A stretch of 64,000 bases of DNA from a virus (IMGVR_UViG_3300026197_000002:28711-92710); one strand, 5' to 3'. Positions 1 to 12,500 are shown, counted from the first letter of the stretch. A program made the numbers and translations. The notes: a model not told the origin generated them from the letters alone.

Positions 1-19
1 AAACAATTATCCTCACACT

Positions 20-520
20 ATGTCTACATATTTATTATTACCTTTAGCAGGTCTTAGTAAAACCATGTTTAAGGGATTATATAACGTATATGTAGACCCT
101 GTTGAATTACAATTACATGTATTTTGTAAAGTGGAGAATAGTAAATATGATAATTATGTTAGAAAGTATAATCATATTATTGATAATACAACATACATTT
201 GTTATATTTATTCAATAAGGCAAAAGAATCATAAATACGCATTAAAACTTTTATCAGGTGAAGGAAGTAAGATACCATTAGCTATAAGAGATTATATAGC
301 ACAAAATAGTGGACTTACTTATAAGAAATATACAAAGAATGGTTATATATCAGATTATATAGTTTATTGTCTTATAGATAATAAAGAGTATTTAACAATA
401 ATATATGAGAAGTTTTTTCTACCAATGTATGATACAATAGAAGAAGCTGAAAATGAATTTTATAATTCAGAACTAATCCCTTATATTGAGGGTGATGAAT
501 ATATAAGTAATATACTATAA
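20..520 (+). CDS. hypothetical protein (end of middle operon)
   Basis: 166-aa ORF tightly packed with downstream + strand ORFs; no motif recognised. Confidence 0.75.
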   Translation: MSTYLLLPLAGLSKTMFKGLYNVYVDPVELQLHVFCKVENSKYDNYVRKYNHIIDNTTYICYIYSIRQKNHKYALKLLSGEGSKIPLAIRDYIAQNSGLTYKKYTKNGYISDYIVYCLIDNKEYLTIIYEKFFLPMYDTIEEAENEFYNSELIPYIEGDEYISNIL

Positions 521-521
521 A

Positions 522-800
522 ATGAATAAACAACTTTATGTTTCAGATGTTATTATTAAAAATGATAATGATGAAATAATATTAAAATTAGAAACCTCTA
601 TAATAAAAGGAGGTTTCTTTACTATACTAGATGATGGTAATAGTAAACCTGCACAAGGGTTTACTACCAATATAGATGTAGCTAATAAATACGCTTATGG
701 ATTTATTGATAGAGGTAGAGAATATGGCTATGTAGAATATACACATTTACCATGTTTTAATCATAAAGATATATGGTTTAGATTAAATGATACAAATTAA
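522..800 (+). CDS. hypothetical protein
   Basis: 92-aa ORF; stop overlaps next start (TAATG). Confidence 0.7.
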   Translation: MNKQLYVSDVIIKNDNDEIILKLETSIIKGGFFTILDDGNSKPAQGFTTNIDVANKYAYGFIDRGREYGYVEYTHLPCFNHKDIWFRLNDTN

Positions 801-1024
801 TGAAAAATAACACACACTATTCTCAAAAAGATAGTAATTATGAGCCTTATAAAGTCATATCTAAATGGAATTTGAATTTTAATTTAGGAAATGTTATTAA
901 ATATGTTGTAAGAGCTGGTAAAAAGAAGAATAATTCTTTGGAAGAAGATTTATTAAAAGCTAAACAGTATATTGATTTTGAATTAGAAATGTATTATAAT
1001 AATAAAGATAATGAAAAACAATAA
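800..1024 (+). CDS. DUF3310-family protein
   Basis: HY...EP...I...LNFNLGNVIKYVVRAGKK...EDLLKAKQY matches the DUF3310 consensus. Confidence 0.85.
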   Translation: MKNNTHYSQKDSNYEPYKVISKWNLNFNLGNVIKYVVRAGKKKNNSLEEDLLKAKQYIDFELEMYYNNKDNEKQ

Positions 1025-1193
1025 ATGTTTAAATTGTGGTAATGAAATTTATTCATTACTACCTAAAAAGTATTGTAATTCTAAATGTGGTTATAAATAT
1101 AGAAATAGAAATGTAAAAAAGAATAAAAAGTTAAGAGCTTATTCTTGGAAAAAACAATTTAATTATAAAAGTGAAAAGCAATGGAACAATTAA
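1011..1193 (+). CDS. small zinc-finger protein
   Basis: CLNCG-x9-KYCNSKC followed by basic tail. Confidence 0.6.
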   Translation: MKNNKCLNCGNEIYSLLPKKYCNSKCGYKYRNRNVKKNKKLRAYSWKKQFNYKSEKQWNN

Positions 1194-1687
1194 TTTATTT
1201 GGTACTAGGATTATTGGGATTTTCTATAATATCACTGTATCAAAAAATTAAAAATGCAGTATTTTATTTTAGAAATTATATAAATTCTAATAGTAACTTT
1301 ACTGATGAAGAATATCTAAATATTAGAGAAGATTTAATAGCTAATTATAATAATATACATATAATACAGATAGAACAAGATATTCTTATGAATATCTCGG
1401 TTATTCTAGTATCTCTAGCAGTATATCCTTTTGGTCAGTATAGTTGGTATAGTTTATTAATATTACCTTTTGGATTTTGTGTTATAAGTATATTTAATTA
1501 TATATCTCAAAGATATATTAATGTTGGTAACAACTTAGATATAAATTATGAACCTAAATATACTGAATATTTAGAAGGTAAATGGAGAGTTAAACTATTT
1601 AGAGGTAAATACGGTAGATTATTACTTGGTATATTATCTACTATATATCTTATAGTTATATTATTAATTTTTAATGTAATATTATAA
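1181..1687 (+). CDS. hypothetical membrane protein
   Basis: About four hydrophobic segments (N-terminus, two central, C-terminus). Confidence 0.7.
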   Translation: MEQLIYLVLGLLGFSIISLYQKIKNAVFYFRNYINSNSNFTDEEYLNIREDLIANYNNIHIIQIEQDILMNISVILVSLAVYPFGQYSWYSLLILPFGFCVISIFNYISQRYINVGNNLDINYEPKYTEYLEGKWRVKLFRGKYGRLLLGILSTIYLIVILLIFNVIL

Positions 1688-1953
1688 TGTGTAATCATAA
1701 ATATATTCCTACATATAAGAAATGGATACCTACAAAAGATGGAAACTATATTAAGAAATATAGAGTACTTATATGTGAGAAATGTGGTAAAGATAAAATA
1801 AGTAAATCTCCTGAATCTAAATATAAAATTTTAGATGAAGGACTTAAAAAGATATACGATAAAGTATCTGAAAAACAAGAAGCCGAGTATGTAAGAAATA
1901 CTCATAAATTATTAGATAAATTCAACAATAAAATAGGAGATTTAAAATTATGA
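1687..1953 (+). CDS. small Zn-ribbon protein
   Basis: MCNH...CEKCGK (CxH/CxxC); overlapping start/stop coupling on both sides. Confidence 0.65.
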   Translation: MCNHKYIPTYKKWIPTKDGNYIKKYRVLICEKCGKDKISKSPESKYKILDEGLKKIYDKVSEKQEAEYVRNTHKLLDKFNNKIGDLKL

Positions 1954-2393
1954 TAGTAAAAAAAGTAGAAGAATGGATGACTAAGTTTAATAGACCTTTC
2001 AATACAGATTCATCTAAAAAATTACAAGCAGCTTTTGAAATGTTTAAAGAAGAATATGAAGAATTATGTGAAGCAATAGCTAGGAATGATGAAATTGAAA
2101 TAATGGATGGTATAGCTGATTTATTATGGACAGTAATACAATATAGTTTTACCAAAGGTTATAACCCCACAGATTTAATAGATGCTGTATATGAAAGTAA
2201 TATGAGTAAACTTATTACTGATAAAGAGCAGGGGGAACTAGAAGTATCTAAGTACAACTTGAATAATCCAGAAGTTGAACAGGTATTTCTTGAATATGAT
2301 AATGATAAAGGTTATGGATACCTTAAACGTATTAGAGATGGTAAAATTAGAAAAACCTCTACATTTAAAGAACCTAAATTTATTACACCTTAA
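1950..2393 (+). CDS. MazG-like/all-alpha NTP pyrophosphohydrolase
   Basis: EEYEEL...EIMDGIADLLW...VYESNMSK...DGKIRK...FKEP pattern. Confidence 0.85.
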   Translation: MIVKKVEEWMTKFNRPFNTDSSKKLQAAFEMFKEEYEELCEAIARNDEIEIMDGIADLLWTVIQYSFTKGYNPTDLIDAVYESNMSKLITDKEQGELEVSKYNLNNPEVEQVFLEYDNDKGYGYLKRIRDGKIRKTSTFKEPKFITP

Positions 2394-2394
2394 T

Positions 2395-2595
2395 ATGAGA
2401 ATTAGTAAAGTAATATTAGATAATCAAGATACTCCTGTTACTTGGGAGTATCTTAGATTTAAAGGTATTCCTGAAATGGACAGTGATTCCTTAGAAGGAA
2501 TCATGTTTAATCAAGGATTGGTGTTTAAGACAGGAATTATAATAGATAGTGAGTATATAGAAACTTGGAGAATCCACATAATAAACAATATATAA
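2395..2595 (+). CDS. hypothetical protein (start reassigned to ATG 2395)
   Basis: Track ORF 2275-2595 overlaps the MazG gene; in-frame ATG at 2395 directly follows the MazG stop. Confidence 0.6.
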   Translation: MRISKVILDNQDTPVTWEYLRFKGIPEMDSDSLEGIMFNQGLVFKTGIIIDSEYIETWRIHIINNI

Positions 2596-2596
2596 T

Positions 2597-3112
2597 ATGA
2601 TATTAGTAATATATGATAAGTTAAATGATTCAGCTGTTGGTGATAGAAAGTATATATTAGACGCTTTAAATAAACAGAACTATTATTTTGATGATAGTCG
2701 TGTAATTGATGTTGAAGAATTATTCAGAAGTATGTTAGGAGATATTTCATACTCATATTTTTATTTTAATGAGTTTGCAAGACATATAATAGAACATTAC
2801 CCTGAAGTTATATACAATAGAATACTTGAAAAATATACAGTATTTAAAGATTCTAAATTAATTACTAATGTAAGCAGTAGTTATGATTTTATAAATGATA
2901 AAATTGTAAAGGATAAAGTAGATTCTTCTTATAAAGAACCTCTTGTAATTCACCCTATTGTTGTTATAGATAGATATAATTATTTAAAAGATATATTTAA
3001 GTCTGAATATATATTAACATGTAAAATTGATTGCATAACTAATGGTAAATTAGTTATAGCTGAATTTAATAATAATTTGTTAAAATACTTTAATAAAAAA
3101 TTAGATGTATAA
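2597..3112 (+). CDS. hypothetical protein, possibly degenerate dNMP-kinase fold
   Basis: Weak resemblance in layout (MILVIY..., LITNV) but no intact P-loop. Confidence 0.5.
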   Translation: MILVIYDKLNDSAVGDRKYILDALNKQNYYFDDSRVIDVEELFRSMLGDISYSYFYFNEFARHIIEHYPEVIYNRILEKYTVFKDSKLITNVSSSYDFINDKIVKDKVDSSYKEPLVIHPIVVIDRYNYLKDIFKSEYILTCKIDCITNGKLVIAEFNNNLLKYFNKKLDV

Positions 3113-3117
3113 AATAT

Positions 3118-3148
3118 AAAAGGAAGTTTAATAGACTTCCTTTTTTTT
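3118..3148. terminator. probable bidirectional intrinsic terminator at the convergence of middle and late operons
   Basis: AAAAGGAAGT-ttaatag-ACTTCCTTTT plus T8 on +, A-run on the other side. Confidence 0.85.
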
Positions 3149-3175
3149 AGACCATAGCTCTACTGTATATTAATA

Positions 3176-6100
3176 TTATCTTTTAATATATGATAAAGTT
3201 TCATCTACTTTAAATAATCTATCTACCTGATTTAATACAGGAATTAAATCTCCTGTTTCTTTCCATAACTTTAATTGACCAGCATATCTACCTCTTTCAT
3301 AAGTTTCAAAGATGTATCCAGGTGTATGAAAAGGATTTATAGTTCTATCTAGTAAATCCATAGTATCATCTAGTACGGTTATTGCAGCTGATGGAGTCTT
3401 TAATATTTTAAGAGCTTCCATAGGATTAGTAAATGCTGAAAATTCAGAATTTAATCTACGTACTTGATATTCTAAGAATTGTAAGAATTTCTTATCTTCA
3501 TCATCTCCCACACCTTCTGCTAATCCTGCTATTAACATACCTGCTAATATTGCAAATGTTGCATATTTTAATTCTGCTACAGTTTGCATAACTTTACGTT
3601 TTTTCCAAGTAGGTAATTCTTGCCAAGCCTTAGTTTTAGTTCTACCAAAAAACATTTTAAGTATTTCACCATCTTTTTTAACACTTTTTAAGAACTCTAA
3701 GGTTGCTATATACATACCACCTTCTTCTGACCTAAGATTTTGATTATATCTATCTTCACCATTATAGGTTAATTTAGCCCAACGTTTATCCCATCCAGGT
3801 TTTACCCACTTACGGAATAACATACCAAGTCTACCTAGAGAATACTGTTGCATTACAGTAAGGTCTTGGTATGAATAGTTACCATGATTCTGTCTATATA
3901 ATTCTTTTACACGTCTAGTAAATAAAGTCATTTGATAAGGGTCTACTTTTTCACCAGCTTCTACTTTCTCATATACTGATGGTAAACTATTAAATTCTTC
4001 TTTAATTCTAGCTTTACCTTCTTTACTAAATGGGTCAATACCTTGTATATCTGCCCATTCATCTGCTGATACTATTTTACCATTTTCTAATACTTTATGA
4101 GAGTTCATCATAGCCATTGCCATAGTTACTTGTATCTTATTCTCTCCCATAGATGATAAGAAATATAAAGTATCTGTTGATGTAAGAGATTTAGATACTC
4201 TATCTTCTGACATAGCTGTGCCAAATTCATTAAATTGTTGAATAATATCATGTTCCATCATCCATTTAGTAAAATTACTTTTAGGTACTCTTGTAAATTT
4301 ATCTTTAAACAAAGTTTTCATTTTACCAGCATATTGTTTATATGCTTTACGTAAATCTTTTTTATTATAAAATCTACCACCACTAGCTTCCATTCTATTC
4401 ATTAATGTACCCATTAATAGGTTATTAACTCCTGAAAACATATTAAACCCTAACCCTATAATAGATGTAAATTTAGCTACACCATCACCAATTTTAGGTA
4501 ATGATGTGAGTAATGGTTCTTTTTTATATACATATAGCCCAGAAGAACTATATATCATATTACCATCTGAATCATAACTTATAACTTTTTTATCTAAATC
4601 TTTTTTAATAGTATCAGGTAATTCAGATAAATTATCCTCCTTATTCCACACTACTCCTTTTTTTAAAGTAATAGTTTTACCAACTTTTTTACGTTCTCCA
4701 TACATCATCATATCAATAGCTTTAACTAGACGCTTGTAGGCTTTACTCTCAATACCTTGCATCTGTATAGGATTCCCAGATTGGTCAGTTTTACCATTGT
4801 ATTCCCTAGTAGACATTATATCTTTTAGAGTTTCCATTTCAGAATATACATTTAACATTTCTGAATAATTCTCACTCATTTGAGAAAATGATATTAATGA
4901 CTGAAATAAATCTAATGATACATCATTAGGACTTATATTATGCTTTTTATTGCCTATTGTAGATGTATATTTAATAGGTATAAATTTATGTTCTGTACCA
5001 TCAGCATTTACAAATACAAAATCTTTTTCATTATCTTTTCTAAATGTAAAGTTATCTAAGGCTGATTCTTTTATAGCTCCTAATTTCTTAGCACCTGATT
5101 CATCATATATACGGTCTGTTGAGTTTTTATATATAGGTATTAATTGGAAACCTCTTTTATATTGATTGGGTAAATGGTATTCTGCTAAACCTTTATTGAC
5201 TTTATATGCTACATAAAATCTAGCTTGTCCAGAGAATTTACCATCTTCTAATATTTCATCTATTGTTATACCTTTTTTTAAAGATTCCTCATTAGATTCG
5301 TATACCTTAGTTAATTCTTCTACTTCTTTTTTTAAATCATCATCTAATTCATTAGGTTTTTTAATAGCTCCTGTAAGTTTACCATCAGAATCTCTTGCTA
5401 ACATAAAATCATATAACTTTTCATGTTTTCTAACCCTAGTACTTTTACGTAAAGCATTATAAGCATCCCCTAATTCTCCATTAATAAGAGTTGTTACAAC
5501 TTTTTGATTAACTCTTTCTTTCTTAGACTGCATTATATTATTAACTATTTGTAATACTTGGTCAGGTGCAGTACCTAAACTATTACTCATATATGTTGCA
5601 TAGCTAATATCTTCTGTTGTAGATACCAATAATTGTTTAATATCTTTTTTATTAAGATTAGGGTTAAGATTATATGAATTAAGAAATGATGATATATGTT
5701 TAATTGCTAAACTCTTATAAATAGTACTCATCTTATTACTAAATTTAGCAGTATTCATTATAGCTTCTTCAGCAGTATTTTCCATATCACCTTTACCAAA
5801 CCCTTCTTTTTCATCCATTAACTCAAATAATTGCCCTGTATCTTGAAATAATACATTAGATTTATAAATATGAAACATCTTAGTAAATAATTGTCGTCTT
5901 TCATTATCTGTTAAATCTTCTCTCTTATATCTCTCATTAATTTCCATCAATTTCTCCATAGCAGATGCCGTGTATGTTTCAGCTAGTAATATATAGGAAT
6001 ATATAGCTTCATCTATGGATGCTGAATCTAATGCTTCTTCTGATTTTTCTACTAATTCTACTAATTCTTTTGGTGCATCACCTGAACTTTTTTCTACAAT

Positions 6101-6550
6101 TTTAATTTGGTTCTTTATTTTATTAATTCTAGTAAGTAATGAGTTTCGTTTTTCATTAAACCCTTCTAAATTATCTACTAACTTACTCACTGATGATTCA
6201 GTTATATTCTCTAATTCAACACCCGTAGCTAATAATGAAAAGTTTAATACATCTCCATAGTTGTTATATATAAGACCTTTTTCATAAGTAGGTAATTCAA
6301 ATTCTCCTTTATCACCTTTCCATTTTTGAAAAGCATGAGTTTCTACCAATGCAGCAGCTTTAGATATTACAGCATTAGTATCTATTAAATCTTTATAATC
6401 AGGTTTTGGTGTATCAGTAATACCAGCGGTCTTTAAGTCTTGATATTCTTGTTTAACTTCTCTATTATAATCTTCAATTTCTTTATTCTTTTTATCAAAA
6501 TCCTCTTTAATTGCTTTATAAAAAGGATGACTCATATTAGGACATTTCAT
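3176..6550 (-). CDS. large virion cargo/ejection protein downstream of vRNAP
   Basis: 1124 aa, helical, C-terminal LGMLFRKW motif and hydrophobic segment; position typical of crAss-like ejected proteins. Confidence 0.7.
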   Translation of the reverse strand: MKCPNMSHPFYKAIKEDFDKKNKEIEDYNREVKQEYQDLKTAGITDTPKPDYKDLIDTNAVISKAAALVETHAFQKWKGDKGEFELPTYEKGLIYNNYGDVLNFSLLATGVELENITESSVSKLVDNLEGFNEKRNSLLTRINKIKNQIKIVEKSSGDAPKELVELVEKSEEALDSASIDEAIYSYILLAETYTASAMEKLMEINERYKREDLTDNERRQLFTKMFHIYKSNVLFQDTGQLFELMDEKEGFGKGDMENTAEEAIMNTAKFSNKMSTIYKSLAIKHISSFLNSYNLNPNLNKKDIKQLLVSTTEDISYATYMSNSLGTAPDQVLQIVNNIMQSKKERVNQKVVTTLINGELGDAYNALRKSTRVRKHEKLYDFMLARDSDGKLTGAIKKPNELDDDLKKEVEELTKVYESNEESLKKGITIDEILEDGKFSGQARFYVAYKVNKGLAEYHLPNQYKRGFQLIPIYKNSTDRIYDESGAKKLGAIKESALDNFTFRKDNEKDFVFVNADGTEHKFIPIKYTSTIGNKKHNISPNDVSLDLFQSLISFSQMSENYSEMLNVYSEMETLKDIMSTREYNGKTDQSGNPIQMQGIESKAYKRLVKAIDMMMYGERKKVGKTITLKKGVVWNKEDNLSELPDTIKKDLDKKVISYDSDGNMIYSSSGLYVYKKEPLLTSLPKIGDGVAKFTSIIGLGFNMFSGVNNLLMGTLMNRMEASGGRFYNKKDLRKAYKQYAGKMKTLFKDKFTRVPKSNFTKWMMEHDIIQQFNEFGTAMSEDRVSKSLTSTDTLYFLSSMGENKIQVTMAMAMMNSHKVLENGKIVSADEWADIQGIDPFSKEGKARIKEEFNSLPSVYEKVEAGEKVDPYQMTLFTRRVKELYRQNHGNYSYQDLTVMQQYSLGRLGMLFRKWVKPGWDKRWAKLTYNGEDRYNQNLRSEEGGMYIATLEFLKSVKKDGEILKMFFGRTKTKAWQELPTWKKRKVMQTVAELKYATFAILAGMLIAGLAEGVGDDEDKKFLQFLEYQVRRLNSEFSAFTNPMEALKILKTPSAAITVLDDTMDLLDRTINPFHTPGYIFETYERGRYAGQLKLWKETGDLIPVLNQVDRLFKVDETLSYIKR

Positions 6551-6567
6551 ACATTTAATTTATTAAG

Positions 6568-9500
6568 TTAAAAACAATTCTTTAATATTTCATCAGCTTT
6601 ATTATTCAGGTTATTCCAGCCTTTTTCAGATAAATCTAGGGTACTCCTGCTGTTTATATAATTCTTCAAGTATGTTACAGGAGATAAATTATTAGATTCT
6701 ATATAGGTATCATAACTAGGTAATTCTTTTGGATTTAATCCTTCAAAACTATTAGCTACTTCTTGTACTACTTTATTATATGATTTCTCATCAGCTTGTA
6801 CTTCTGATGATTGTGGAGGTGTATAATTTTCAGGTACAGATGTACTATAATTTTTAACTTGTGATGTACCTAATGGTTGTACTGTGGTATATTTAAGTTT
6901 TAAAGAATCCATAGCTTGCAAAGAATATTCAGGCATACCTGTAAAGTTAGCTACTGTATAATATACTATTGGTAATTCCTTTGGTAAATTATTAAAATCA
7001 TAGAGTTCAACAAATTCTCTATTCTTTTTTTGTCTAAGGAATTGTTCAGGAAAATTACCAATAATTGATTCTATATCATTAATACTATCTGACATAAGTC
7101 CTATAAAATCTTCAGCAGGTATTAATTCAATAAATGACCTAAATGTATTACCTACACCATTTTGTGATAAATTAACTGCTATTAAATCTTTATATAATTC
7201 AGGATTAATTTCAGATAATTCTCTCATAGAATCTATTAATTTGTTGGCTTCAATAGAGTCTAATTTCCTATTAGTAAACTTAATTAAATCCTTACCTTCT
7301 TTATTATAATTAAGTTGAACATCTAATGAGTTAAAGAAGTCATTATTTTTATATGTATCATTTTGTCGTAATGCTATAATACGTTTTCCTAAAGAATCTT
7401 CATTAGCACTATCCAATAAGACTTTCCCCCTAGTCATAAAATCTCTCTTATTATATTCTAATAAGTACTGTTTAAAATCATCATTAATAGTTTTAACTAA
7501 TTTCTCTGCATTATATCCTTTTTGAAATTTAGCATTATCTTCTATAAATTTAATAGTATTACGATATGCTGATTTATTAAACATCTTGTAATACCCTGCC
7601 AATGCTTTTTTACCCTCATAAACTATAGAATTAGCTTTACTAACTGTTGAATAGTTTTGAACGTCTTTTAACCCTGAAAAGTTTTCAAAAGCAGGGTCTA
7701 ACATATCCTCCGTAGCTTTATGTAAAGTATACATATCTTTTCTAAATCCTTTTGTATCAGCATTTATACCACTCATAACTTTTGATAAATTAGAACTTAT
7801 CCTATTCATATTATCATAAATATATATCATAGTTCTAGCATCAGATGAATCAATTTCAGAACCTTTTAACATAGAATCTAAAACAGAATCCATATCATTA
7901 TAATCTTTTATAGGAGTTTTAAGATTAGCATTATATTTACTCAATACTTTATTTCTAACAGCAGATGGTACTAAGCTAGTAAGTTCTGATTCAGCATCTC
8001 TTTTAGCTTTTGCATAATCTCTAATAACAGGATTTCTCATAAACTTAGCAGCTACTAATGGAGATATTCCCATTCTTATCATACTATAAAATACACCAGC
8101 TGTTGTAGGAGATACATTTAGGTAAAAGATATAAGGGTCTTTTGCAACATCTACTGCTGAATTAAGTAATGCCGATAATGTTTCAGATATAAGATTACCA
8201 TCTACATCTATTGCTCCTGAAAATATAGGATTACCTTCTTCATCTTTATTATAATTAAAAGGTATTGTAAATAGTTTTTTAGTCTTTTTATTTCTAAGAC
8301 TTTCAATATCAAACTTAATATCATAATTACTAAACAATGCGTGAGATGTACCGTGTAATGCACCAATACCTATAAGCTCTTTACCCGCTAAGAAATTACT
8401 AAATAATCCATCTTGTGTAGATACACTGAATAATTGATTCATTGAAATTTTATCATAAGCACCGTCTATCTCACTCTTTGGTTTACCTAATTCAAGACTT
8501 CTAATTTCTTTAACTATATCTTTCATATTATCATCTGATATAGGTGACATAAGTTGTCTTACATTTTCAGGTAATTCCATAATTTCTTTTTGCAATTCTA
8601 ACATTCTATTTTGTGCAGATTTCCTATTCATTTTAGGATTAATAGGATTTCTTTTAGATATTTCACTAAGAGAATCTCTTATAGCTTTATTATATTTTTC
8701 TTGATTAAGTTGAGCAGGACTAAGAGGTTTTGATTCATTTTTAGTCCAAACTCCCAATACTTGCCCATCAACTGTTTGCTCTGAATAGTTATATCCTTCA
8801 AATTTTAAATTTTCATATAATCGTTTTTCACCTGAATTGTATAAACCATATTCTTTTTCAAATTCATCAGAAGATAAATCAATAGGTCTTTGTTGTTTAG
8901 TTCTAGGATTGTAATGAATATAATCTTCATTATCAGTTATCAAAGTAGCCCCTGCTTCTAAGGCTTTTAATGCTTCTGTTATAGTTTTATATTGTTGTTC
9001 TTTTCTAATCTGATTGTTACCTCTTTTACCACCAATAGATACAAATATTACATCATTAGAAGAATAATTACCTGTATTAGCATATTTACCTGCTTGTTGC
9101 CTGTATAACTCTGTAGAACTATTTGGGATACCTTCTCCAAAACCTATAAATTGTGTAGCTACACTTGCTTTTATAGCAGCTTTATTATCAGCATATTGTT
9201 TTGGTTTTACAGTAAATAAATTCTTTTTTGTTAAAGGTTTTTGTTGATTTTTAGAAGAGTTATTATTATACTCTTGATTACTCTGGTCAGAACTAGGAGA
9301 TTCTTTTTTAATTTGTAAATCATTCAAATCTTGTCTTGTTAAAAAAGCATCAGTTAGTACCTTAGTTAATTGTTCTTTTTCTAATTTAGATAACTTTTTT
9401 AAATCTCCTAATAACCAATTAACAAACTTTGTCCACCAAGACCATGCTTCACCTTTTTGTTTAACAGCTTGTTCACCTATAGCTTGGACTAAAGATTCTT

Positions 9501-12500
9501 CACTACCCCATTTTTTTATAGCTTCTTGAACAATAGGTGTTTCTCTGTACCATGCAATATAATGATGTGCGTATTCATTAAGCAAAGTATTATTTTTTTG
9601 ATTAATTGCATCAATAAGAACTGTACTAGCTTTAGCAGCATTAACCTCATCAGTAAAACTATTATCAGCTAATAAAGATGTAATAATTTCTTCTCGTATG
9701 TTACTGTTTTTACTAAGCGTATTTGTTACTACGTTGGGTATATAATTTTCATCATAATTAGACATTGCATCATAGACTAAACTTGATGCAGGATTATCTG
9801 TAAAATAATATGCGTCATCAATATCGCCATCATAACCTTCATACTTATCTAAAATTTCTTGCGTACTTTCTATATTTTTTTTAGCAATATAGTGAAGTAA
9901 ACCTTTACCATCAGTGTTTAATTTTTTTAATATTACGTCTAAAATAACTTCTGTAGGAGAATAGTTTATACCTTCTAATGCTGACACCTCTCCTCCAAAA
10001 ACCATTTCATCCATAGAATTTTCTAATCCATCATTATAAATGTAAGTTTTGATTAAATCATCTACATCTTTATTTTCATATTCTGAATAAGATGGGGTTA
10101 TTACATTATATTGTCCTTTAGGTATTTTAATTTGTTGCTTTCCTACAATTCTTTTTTCTCCCTCAACATCTTCCTCATTAATATTAAAATTATTATTATT
10201 TATATAATCTTCGTTAATTTCAATAAAATATGGATTAGTAGAATATCTACTACCATAAGATTCTGCCATAAACCTTTGTGTAGTAAAAGATTTACCATAG
10301 TCTTTTGATAATTGTTCATAAGAAGGGTTTAAAATTAAATTACCGTCATTGTCAATTTTAGGTTTATTAGCTTGCCCTCTCCATAGAGAGTTTTTAAACT
10401 TTTGTTCAGATTCTTGTTCAAAAACTTTATCTTTATACTCATCTAATATAATTTTTTTCTGCTCTTTAGGTATTTGAAGTTCTGTAAGAATTTTGTTTAA
10501 ATCCCAATTATTCTTCTCTCCTTTACTAAATATTTGAATAGCCTTAGGAGATGCTAAAGAATCTGCAGCTTTTAATCTATAATTAATTTGATTATTATCC
10601 TCTTGTTCCAATTTAGGGTCATTGGTAATATCTAAAGATATTTTAGGATATAATTTTGTAAGTTTGTCTTGTAATGTTTCTCTTAAAGTTTTATCATCTA
10701 AAGAATCATTAGAAGTATCAACATCATCTGTTACAGGAGCATAAGTTTCAATAGGTTCATAATATGTTAATGCTAATTCAGTATCAAAATCTTCTTTATT
10801 ATCGTGATATTCTTTTAAATCATTTGTAGCATCTTTAATTTTTTGAACAGCTAATTGCATTTCTTTTGTTTCATTAGCATTTAATATTTCATAGAAGTTA
10901 TTTTTAGCATCATTATATAAACCTTCTGCCATAGATATATCAGACTCAATACCTTCTAACATTTCTACATCATTAATATTATCAGCAATATAATTCTTTA
11001 ATTCTGTTTTATGTTCAGTTAATTCTTGTTCAAATATCCTCATTTCATCATAAGCTACCTTCATAGCATCATAAGATTGCTTATTAATATCAGGCATAGA
11101 TTTAACAGATTCCACAGCATCAGATAACTTATCTTTTAACTTTTTCTGTGTAGCATCAATAGTTAATACATTAGGTAAATATGTAGTAAGTTTATCAACA
11201 TCATAATCTGACCCTGCAATACCTACTATCTCTGATGGCAACTGTATTACATTCCCTGTACTAGATGGTAGAAACTCCACAATTCTCATATTAGCTGCAC
11301 TATTAATACCTTGTGTTGGAATCCTAAATCCTACTATGGTTAATAACCTCTCATCTACTTCACCATTACGTATCATCCTATTAAACTCCTGTAAACCTCC
11401 TTTTAGACTATTAACATAGTTCTTATAACTAGGTGGTAAACTTAATCTAATTTCCATAGCCTTAGTCTTACCATCTTCTAAGGTATATACTGATAAATCA
11501 TTACTTTCTAAAAACTGCCCTTTTACCCTAGCAGCATTTTCATCTTCAAAAGTAGTAGATGCTACCTGAATAGCAGACATACCTGGTCTTTTCTCTTGTA
11601 TAACCTTGTTCATTATAGCAAATAAGATATTCTCTACCTTCTTACTATTCAATAACATATCTATAGTTATACCACCTCTACGTAACTGTCTAATAGAATC
11701 TATTATATTATCATGAGAACCTCTACTATGTGCTTCATCTTCTAGTACTTTAACAAGTTTATCTTTATTATCTACCTTATACCCTAGTACAGTACCATCT
11801 TCATCTTTAATATCTTCTATACCTAACTTCTCTAAAGTTCTATTATAAGCCTCCTCATATAAGTAATCTTGTATAGTATTGTATTCTTTAATAAGTTCTA
11901 TAGCTTTATCATTAATAGGTACACCATCTCTAATAAGATTAGATAATGCCATTTTTCTAAACTGTGTACCAGCAGTAACTTCTTTTTTAACCTTAGGATT
12001 AATATCTACCTGTATTCCAAAGTAATTATAATTAACACCTTGTGTGGCTGATGTATAATCTTTTAATACTACATTACCTAAATCATCATATAATTTAGCA
12101 CCCTCTTTCTTATTATCTAACTTTCTACCTACTTTATTAGCAGATTCAAACTGTAACATACCTACACCAGAATCTGCCATCTGCTTCATCATAGTAAATG
12201 ACTTCTTATATCTTATACTAGGATTACCTTCACTATCCATATCTACACTATACATAGCTGATGGTAATAATGGTGCTACGGAATGCTTATACATAGTGGG
12301 TTTATACAATCTCTGATTCTCATTAGCATCAGTATTATATGTATTATCATTACCAAAATATTGTGTCTTTAATACCTGAACATTAAAGTCTACGCTAGGT
12401 TTCCATTCAACAATCTCTTTAATAGCTTGTTTATGCTCCTTACTATTAGGAGAACTTTCTCTAAGTTCTCTCTCATTTAACATCTTAGTATATAAGTCAT

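Noticed and set aside
1922-2155. 77-aa minus-strand ORF
   Set aside because: Antisense shadow of the MazG-like gene
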